A stretch of DNA of 63,578 bases, counting the filler, from Sanchytrium tribonematis (taxonomy: Eukaryota): NCBI GenBank assembly GCA_018985235.1. It is 19 parts of 19 records of this genome, joined end to end, with 100 filler letters (N's around TTAATTAATTAA, not from the genome) between each part and the next. Parts side by side here need not be neighbours in the genome. Positions count along the whole stretch, not along the records: positions 56,396 to 58,723 come from JADGIG010001070.1; positions 58,824 to 61,151 come from JADGIG010001071.1; positions 61,252 to 63,578 come from JADGIG010001072.1; 16 more parts are not named here. One strand, given 5' to 3'. The notes beneath the pieces were generated by a model. The model made no database searches, was not told the DNA's origin, and saw only the letters and a program-made list of their open reading frames with translations. Below are positions 56,396-63,578 of this stretch, piece after piece; positions within the stretch are counted from its first letter, which is position 1; every line of letters begins with the position of its first letter. The position numbers were made by a program, and so were the translations under genes.

Positions 56396-57830
56396 AACCA
56401 CTAAATTGATTTCCAGTGGCAATGAATACTTGTAATTGAGATGGGAGTACCAATGATCCATTTAAATGATTATCCAATAAATGGATTTGATTTAAATTGG
56501 CTGATAATGCCGTAATTCTACCATTTAATTTGCAGTGATCTAGACTGAGATATCTTAAATTACCAGACAAATCTAATAATTGATATTTTCCATAAGAATA
56601 TCCAGTATTTAAACTCAAAGAAGTCAATGAATTTGGCAAATTTGGAAATGGACCTGTAAATGCATTTGAATCATATCCAGCACTCACTTGATTTGGAGAG
56701 AATTTTAATGGTCCAGTTAATCCCAATGATGGCACATCGAGTACTTGAATCAATCCCATGGATCGGGGAAGTGTTCCGAAACAATTTGAATTTGCCAAAT
56801 AAATTTCAGTCAATGTATTTGGCATATCCCAATTGGATAAATTGGTGTTCACTAAAGTATGTTGCACACTGATACGGGTTAATCGAGGTGGCCAATTAAT
56901 TGTGATTAAATCACCTGTTAATGGATTGAATTCGAAATTTGCAAATGTGAGTGAATTTGGCAAATTATTGGGAATTTGACCATATATATTGTTAGAGTTG
57001 ATGGATATAGCATCTATACTACTTGGCAATGATGGAAATGGGACATTTAAGAGGTTATCATGGATATCAATGGTCTGAATGCCATTTGGAAATGGGAGTG
57101 TCCAATTGGTCAATTTGTTGTATGTCAGAGAGACATAGGTCAATTGGGATGGGAGGAGGGGTAATTTACCACTTAATTTATTGCTTCCTAGTTCTAAAAT
57201 ATTTAATGCACCTGTAAAAGTGGGTACATTTCCAGTAAATTGATTGTCATTCATTTTTAAATGTTGAAGAGAAGTTGGCCAATTTTGAGGCATTGCCATT
57301 GCAATTTGATTGTTATTCAAAATCAATTCAACTAATTGAGTGCATGATGTAAAATCAGATTGAATTGTGGCTAATTGATTGTAAGACATTGAGAATCTGA
57401 TAATTTGAGAATTTAGATTCGGTAAAGTGCCTGAGATTTGATTGTGATCTGCATAAAAGAGTGACAAAGCGTTGGGAAATCTATCTATACCTCCACTGAG
57501 TAGATTGTTGGATAAATAGATATTCTGTAGGGTATTTGGAAGTCCGGAAATGGAGCCAGTGATTTGGTTGTTTGAAATGTCCAAAGTGACCAGATTGGGT
57601 GGCAACTTGGACCCGTCAAATACTCCAGTAAGTCCCAGACCACCCCATTGAATAAATGTAATGGTATTGGATGAACAAACAACACCAGAAACTGTACCAG
57701 TGCAGCAATTTGATTGGATTTGATTGTAAATGGCGGATTGAGCTTGCTGTAATCCGAGAGATGTAGCAAAATCAAGTAGTTTAGTACAATCTTGTACCAC
57801 TGCAAATGACTGAATCGTAAGCAGTAGCAT
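56396..57830 (-). CDS. Secreted leucine-rich-repeat protein, 3'-partial
   Basis: MLLLTIQSFA leader, DC...NCC...GVVC cap, many LxLxxNxLxGxLP repeats. Confidence 0.9.
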
Positions 57831-58027
57831 GTTAGAGTCAAAAAAGAGACATCAGCAGCTTATAACTTGATTTTGTGATAGGTGATTTGTCAACTAATCA
57901 GAATATTCTAAATTGGCTATCAATTGGCTTCAACTGCCATTTGTACGTGTCAGATTTGAATTGACTTTGATTTATGGAGTTGACTCTCGTTGCAGGGTCA
58001 AATTTAAAATCTTGTTTGAATCAAAAA

Positions 58028-58513
58028 ATGCAGAAATTGAGTAAAAATGAATTATTGCAGAAAATGTTTGGTAAAATCAATATAGATACTCATCCAATGA
58101 CTAGACAAGAGATTATTCAACTCCAAAATGATTTTGATGAAGAAACATTGAGAAGTGGTGCCAAATTAGTGGGATATTGCCCAATAAGAAGAGCATTATA
58201 TGATGATTTCTTTTTAGAATTGATTAGACAATCTACTATTGAATGTCAAGAAAGAGGATTATTATTATTGAGAATTAAAGATGAATTAAAAATGAGCATG
58301 GATGGATTATTGCATTTATATGCGAGTGCAGTCAGTTATACGAATAGACCAGTCATTATAAAGCAAGAAACATGTGAAAAAGTGGATGTGGACAAGATAC
58401 ATGCACATTACAAGGACATTTTAGAAGAAGAACGGTTTAAAAGTCAAATGGCGATTAAAAACTTGGAAGATGAGATTGTATTTTTGAAGAAAGTACATGC
58501 CACTAATAAATAA
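58028..58513 (+). CDS. DNALI1: Axonemal inner-arm dynein light chain p28
   Basis: TRQEII.L...GYCPIRRALY...ELIRQSTIECQERGLLLLRIKDE. Confidence 0.88.
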   Translation: MQKLSKNELLQKMFGKINIDTHPMTRQEIIQLQNDFDEETLRSGAKLVGYCPIRRALYDDFFLELIRQSTIECQERGLLLLRIKDELKMSMDGLLHLYASAVSYTNRPVIIKQETCEKVDVDKIHAHYKDILEEERFKSQMAIKNLEDEIVFLKKVHATNK

Positions 58514-59101
58514 TATGCTTTATTTATAAATTGGACATTTGATTCACTCTAGATTTTGCAGAGTTTCTTCTAAAAGGTGTTTTGACAATAATAATGCCTG
58601 TGAGGAAACTACCAACAATAAAATGTATTCCCAACATAATAATGTTTAAATTTATAGTAGTTTGACTCCGTGGGTTGTTAAACTTAAAAAAGGTTTGCGT
58701 CAAAGATTGACTGTTTTCAGTTTNNNNNNNNNNNNNNNNNNNNNNNNNNNNNNNNNNNNNNNNNNNNTTAATTAATTAANNNNNNNNNNNNNNNNNNNNN
58801 NNNNNNNNNNNNNNNNNNNNNNNTGTGTGCCAAATAAGCATTTCCTCGTTTGCTTGGCAGGCTAATATGCATTTATAAAAGAGGAAGCCTATGAAATTTT
58901 GCCGGAGAACTGACTTAGTCGCCAACTCGCTAATTTTATTATTTTTGAAAATAAGATATTTACATTAGCAGCGTCCATTTATGCACTGTTGTATAGGTCA
59001 ATTCAAGTGTGAGTCAATGCCGCAATACTGTGCTTCAAAAAGGTCATCCAACTATTACTGCAACTGCCAAGGCTACGAAATTTTCAAAATTAAAAAAGAA
59101 A

Positions 59102-59374
59102 ATGACTAAAATGACTGTTGGAAGTAAAGATGAATTAGATTTAAAACCTAAAAGAATTATTGAAGCCAATTCTATTTCTGATGATTTATTGTGTGATGAT
59201 GATTTTGAACTCTTAAATGATTACGAAGAATCATACGAAGCGTACCAACAATTGAAGAGAGCAAAAAGCTTAGAAGATTTAGAATTAAAGCTAGAACAAT
59301 TTGAACTTGTATCGGACATGGATTTGTTATCAGACAGTGAGATGGATCTTGTTGACGATTATTATGATATTTAA
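59102..59374 (+). CDS. Small acidic hypothetical protein
   Basis: ATG ORF rich in D/E/L; stop followed by AT-rich tract. Confidence 0.4.
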   Translation: MTKMTVGSKDELDLKPKRIIEANSISDDLLCDDDFELLNDYEESYEAYQQLKRAKSLEDLELKLEQFELVSDMDLLSDSEMDLVDDYYDI

Positions 59375-59787
59375 AATAATAACTATATTCGACAATACTA
59401 CGCTCCTGTATTAAGATTAAATTTGACGTCACTTCAAGGCCCAATATTTTCTGTGCTAAGCACTGACAAACTTGATTTTGTTAGTATTTTAGATTGCTGG
59501 TCTATAGCAAGATTCCACAATCTGATTTAAGATGTGTACAGAATTACTAAAAATATATTGATGAATATACACATAGAATGTCTTCTTGCGACTTTGATGT
59601 TAGAAAATTCCAAAAACATATTTTGTACTTTGCGACATATAAACCAATCTTTCTTTACTATAGAATATTTCTGCCGTTGTATCAATCATATTTCGATCAT
59701 TATATGTTTAAGTGTTCTTTTTTAATAGATTAAAACAATAAATTTGTTTTCACTTGTCTTGGAATTGCTCCTTGTAGCAAAGTAGGT

Positions 59788-61151
59788 ATGTCTAGAATAA
59801 CAACAAATACATTAAGACTTTTAAGCGTCGATCAAGTAGAAGCTGCTAACAGTGGGCATCCTGGTGCACCCTTGGGGTTAGCTACTGCATTACATGCTTT
59901 GACTAAACACATGACATGGCACCCTACTTGGCAAAACCGTGATAGATTTGTGTTGAGTAATGGACACTCATGTGCCTTGCTTTACAGTTGGCTGCACTTA
60001 TTCGGGGTTTTAACCATAGATGACCTGAAAAACTTTAGAAAAGTTGACAGCAATACTCCTGGACACCCAGAATCTCATAATACTGGAGTTGAAGTATGTA
60101 CGGGACCATTGGGACAGGGAATTGCTCAAGCTGTTGGTTTGGCTGCAGCAGAAGAGCATCTAGCTGCTACTTTTAACAAGCCTGGATTTGAGCTTTTTAA
60201 CAATTACACTTATGTTTTGACAGGAGATGGCTGCCATCAAGAAGGCATATCTGGAGAAGCTGCATCTTTAGCTGGACATTTAAAATTAGGAAGACTTATA
60301 GTTTTATACGATGATAACAAAATCACAATCGATGGGGAGACTAATTTGTCATTTTCCGAGGATGTTCAAAAACGATTTGAATCATATGGATGGCATACTG
60401 ATAGTGTCGAAAATGCTACCGAAGACTTTGATGCAGTTTACAAGGCTGTGGATAAAGCAAAACAAATTAGAGACAAACCTTCATTCATAAGAATTAGAAC
60501 TATAATTGGATTTGGTTCACCGTTAGCAGGGAGTGAAAAGGTTCACGGGTCTGCTTTAGGAGCTGAGAAGACTAAAGCTACTAAAAAGGCATTGGGATTT
60601 GATCCGGAAAAGTCATTTTACGTACCTGCTGAGGCGCTTGATGAATTTAAGGAGTATAAAAAGAAAGGCGACGATGCAAAACAGAAATGGGATGCACTTT
60701 TTAAGGACTATATGCAAAAATATCCCGAATTGTCAAAGGAATTAACGAGGCGAATGGAGAAAAAATTGCCTGAAAATTGGAAGTCATTCTTTCCTACATT
60801 TGATGGAACTAAGAAAGAAGCAACCAGAAAATTAAGTCAAGCTGTTTTGAACGAAGTTTGCTCAAAAATACCGGAGATTGTCGGAGGCTCTGCAGACTTG
60901 ACACCTAGCACATTAACAAAATGGAACGACTCGGAGGACTTTGAGCCTATTTCTACGAAATTGGGCTCTTACGCCGGTCGATACTTTAGATTTGGGGTAA
61001 GAGAACATGCTATGACAGCTTTTTGTAATGGTTTGTATGCTTATGGTATGTTAATTCCATTCGGAAGCACTTTTTTGAATTTCCTGGGTTATGCTCAAGG
61101 TGCATTTAGATTATCTGCTCTTTCACAGTTTAAAGTATTATTTATTATGAC
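59788..61151 (+). CDS. TKL1: Transketolase, 3'-partial
   Basis: ANSGHPGAPLG, RDRFVLSNGH, TGPLGQG, GDGC.QEG, GSADL, FGVREHAM. Confidence 0.97.
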
Positions 61152-61251
61152 NNNNNNNNNNNNNNNNNNNNNNNNNNNNNNNNNNNNNNNNNNNNTTAAT
61201 TAATTAANNNNNNNNNNNNNNNNNNNNNNNNNNNNNNNNNNNNNNNNNNNN

Positions 61252-63578
61252 ACCGTGTTTGCTTTCAACACAGATTCAATAAATTGCTGTTTTGGTATTT
61301 TCCATATAAATTCATAAATGAGTAGTTCTTTAATAAACTGGTTGCCACTTACTTGCACTAATTGGATATTATTCATAATTTGAGACTGTAAATCCACTAC
61401 ATCAGAATATTCTGAAATCATTTGAAATACTTGTAATTCTTCATCATCTCCAAATAATGTCACATTTTTACATATATTCAGCATGTAATTAATAATAGAT
61501 TGTATGAAATCAACCAATTCTTGATTAAAATTGGGTTTTACTTTAATATCATGATTAAATACATCGACAATGATTTCCATAAATACTTCAGAATTCCTTG
61601 TGGTATTGGCAAATAATAATGAGAGTGATTTAATGACATATTGGTGCATCTGGTTTACTAATAATTCATCTAAATGGCTATAAAATAAAGAATAGTCATG
61701 TTTTAATATTTCCTGTAAATATGTCAATTTTGATTTGAATTTGATGAAACTAGATTGAATTAATTGAGTAGTTTGATTGAATTTATCACCCACATCTTGA
61801 ATATCTACGCATTTCTTAACAGCATCGAGCACTAAATGATTCTGCCATTCATCTGTTTCAGATTTCACAAGGTGAATCAATTCTTGCATTAATGAATATT
61901 TTTGGACACAGGCATCCATTGCATTCCATATATCTACCACTAAAGTATTTGTGATTTGTATATCATGCTTCCAAGTCACATCATTTCGTGCTTTAAGCAA
62001 TAATTCATGAATTTGTTGCAAATATTCTTCAAGCATTTTTTGAGACATTTCATCCATTGGCAGAATAATATTATTATAAGTTGTGCATACCTTTCTTAAT
62101 ATTCTAATGCAATTTTGAATGGACTCGCTCTTTTTATAAAAGTCAATTATAAATTGTGGCAATTCTAAATGATAATTCAACATTGGTTTCAAATTGTAAA
62201 ATAATAGTATTTCACGCATATTCACGAGTATATCTGTATTAATATTCACTTTAATTGCATTTTCATACATTATTGAGGGTGCATCAGAGAAAACAGTGCT
62301 CAAAAATGGTTGTTGCTCAATTTCCATTTCTAAAATAGTCAATAATGGAACACTCAGATTGATGCTTGTAATAGATTCCATTCTTTTCTGCCATTCAGCC
62401 CATTCTTTATCTACTAATGTGATGACATGCTTTATAAATTCGTCGCACTTTATAATAAATCCATCTGTGTCTGCGGGAATTAAAATAAATCTTTTGACAT
62501 TATTTCTCAATTCTTCTGCTTTTCGCTTAAATTCATAAGCTTCCATTACATATCCCATAACGGGTGGCATATCCCCCATATTATCACGGCAATTTTTGAA
62601 TCTTAAATACAAAGATTGGACAGAATCATGAAATTCTTGAAATAATTTCACAGAGAATGATTTCAAAGCATCATTCACCATATTTCTATTAAGAAACGAA
62701 TCCATTATCTCTAAAACTCTGAATTTCATATAAATATCTGCATATTCATCGCAATTGCTTACAATAATGGCCGCCAAACCACGATCCAATGAATGAACAG
62801 AATTGAAAAACTGCAAATAGTCATCTGCTTTGACGGATAAATCTAAAATATCCACTGATTTGCCCTTGAGATCATCAAATAGTTTGTTGAATTGCTGGAA
62901 GGAGGAAACGATGACCCGATTGTAAATTTCATTTTTCAAACCTCCCAATTCAATCTTTTCCAATTTTGCGTAGACTTGCTGCGACTCGATAACTTCCTGT
63001 ATGAATTCCAGTCTTTTTACAAACTCACTGCATTTATGATAAATGTGATGCGAAATGTCAGGAAAGCATTTATGCAAATATTCAATGTATTTTAATATAA
63101 CGGCTTTCAAATACATCAAACTGGTCATGGCATCGTAATAATCAAGTTGGAAATAATCCTGTTGCAAGATATTTTTGATTAAAATGACCATTTCGCTGCA
63201 AGTGGTAGTTAAAATCGCATCAAACATCGCCATTTGATATCCTTCTTGAAAACTAGGCATCATCTCCTGAAATGCCTTTGGAATCATTGCTATTGCATAT
63301 TCAATTTGTTTATTTTCAGGTGAGTTGCTTTTTAATATGTTTAATTGCTCTTCTGCTAATTTTAATTTCTCAGATATATCCAATATTTTCTTGAATTGAG
63401 ACATCTTTGTATCAATATCCCTTAATGAGTAATGAAATGGAGAAGACTGTACGAGTTCCTTCACTTTAGAATACTCAGCACTGGTATATTTTGCATAAAT
63501 TTCTTGATATACCAATTTGGTCTCATCCCAATATGCCAATTCTTCACTTAAAGTATCTCTAGAGGCATAAATCTTTTG
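61252..63578 (-). CDS. Dynein heavy chain N-terminal (DHC_N1) region, probably axonemal; internal fragment
   Basis: Open across the whole contig; EELAYW, DMPPV.G, YNNII, W-spaced helical tail typical of DHC_N1. Confidence 0.65.

Noticed and set aside
58828..58870. HDV/theta-like ribozyme pattern (TGCCAA/TTGGCA, TCCTCGT, GG-CTAA)
   Set aside because: L3 too long, P2 only about 3 bp, no G1 wobble partner; a simple hairpin explains it
536..63095. Many short antisense or alternate-frame ORFs in the track (e.g. 536-931, 616-966, 14922-18746, 20278-20664, 23819-24531, 62296-63095)
   Set aside because: Shadows of well-supported genes, with no motifs of their own
1..63578. Alternative genetic code (stop reassignment) as the cause of split ORFs
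   Set aside because: TAA, TAG and TGA all end conserved genes at expected positions; the breaks in host genes are frame changes explained by 19-nt introns or one indel

Overview
This is not one locus. It is about 19 separate contigs (mostly ~2.3-2.4 kb, one of 19.3 kb at 7488-26767) joined by an artificial 100-nt spacer (N44-TTAATTAATTAA-N44). The DNA is an AT-rich, very compact eukaryotic nuclear genome using the standard code. The gene set points to a flagellated (zoosporic) early-diverging fungus or close relative: myosin V, Yck-type CK1, hevein-type proteins, axonemal dynein p28, a dynein heavy chain and secreted LRR proteins. It also carries housekeeping genes and decayed Ty3/Gypsy, PIF/Harbinger, pogo, hAT and non-LTR elements. 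Main discovery: all six introns I could anchor on protein homology are exactly 19 nt (GT-AG), with an invariant T-N-A-T at positions 12-15 that puts a putative branch A 6 nt from the 3' end. This suggests a fixed-length tiny-intron splicing system. Other leads: stop codons embedded in AATAAA, ~10-aa signal peptides starting MIFT, a fixed-spacing CCAAT promoter layout, a bacterial-type SSB with an NLS-like tail next to a structured possibly U1-like element, a CLC gene whose conserved N-terminus has no AUG, and a Crinkler-type NTPase-nuclease.
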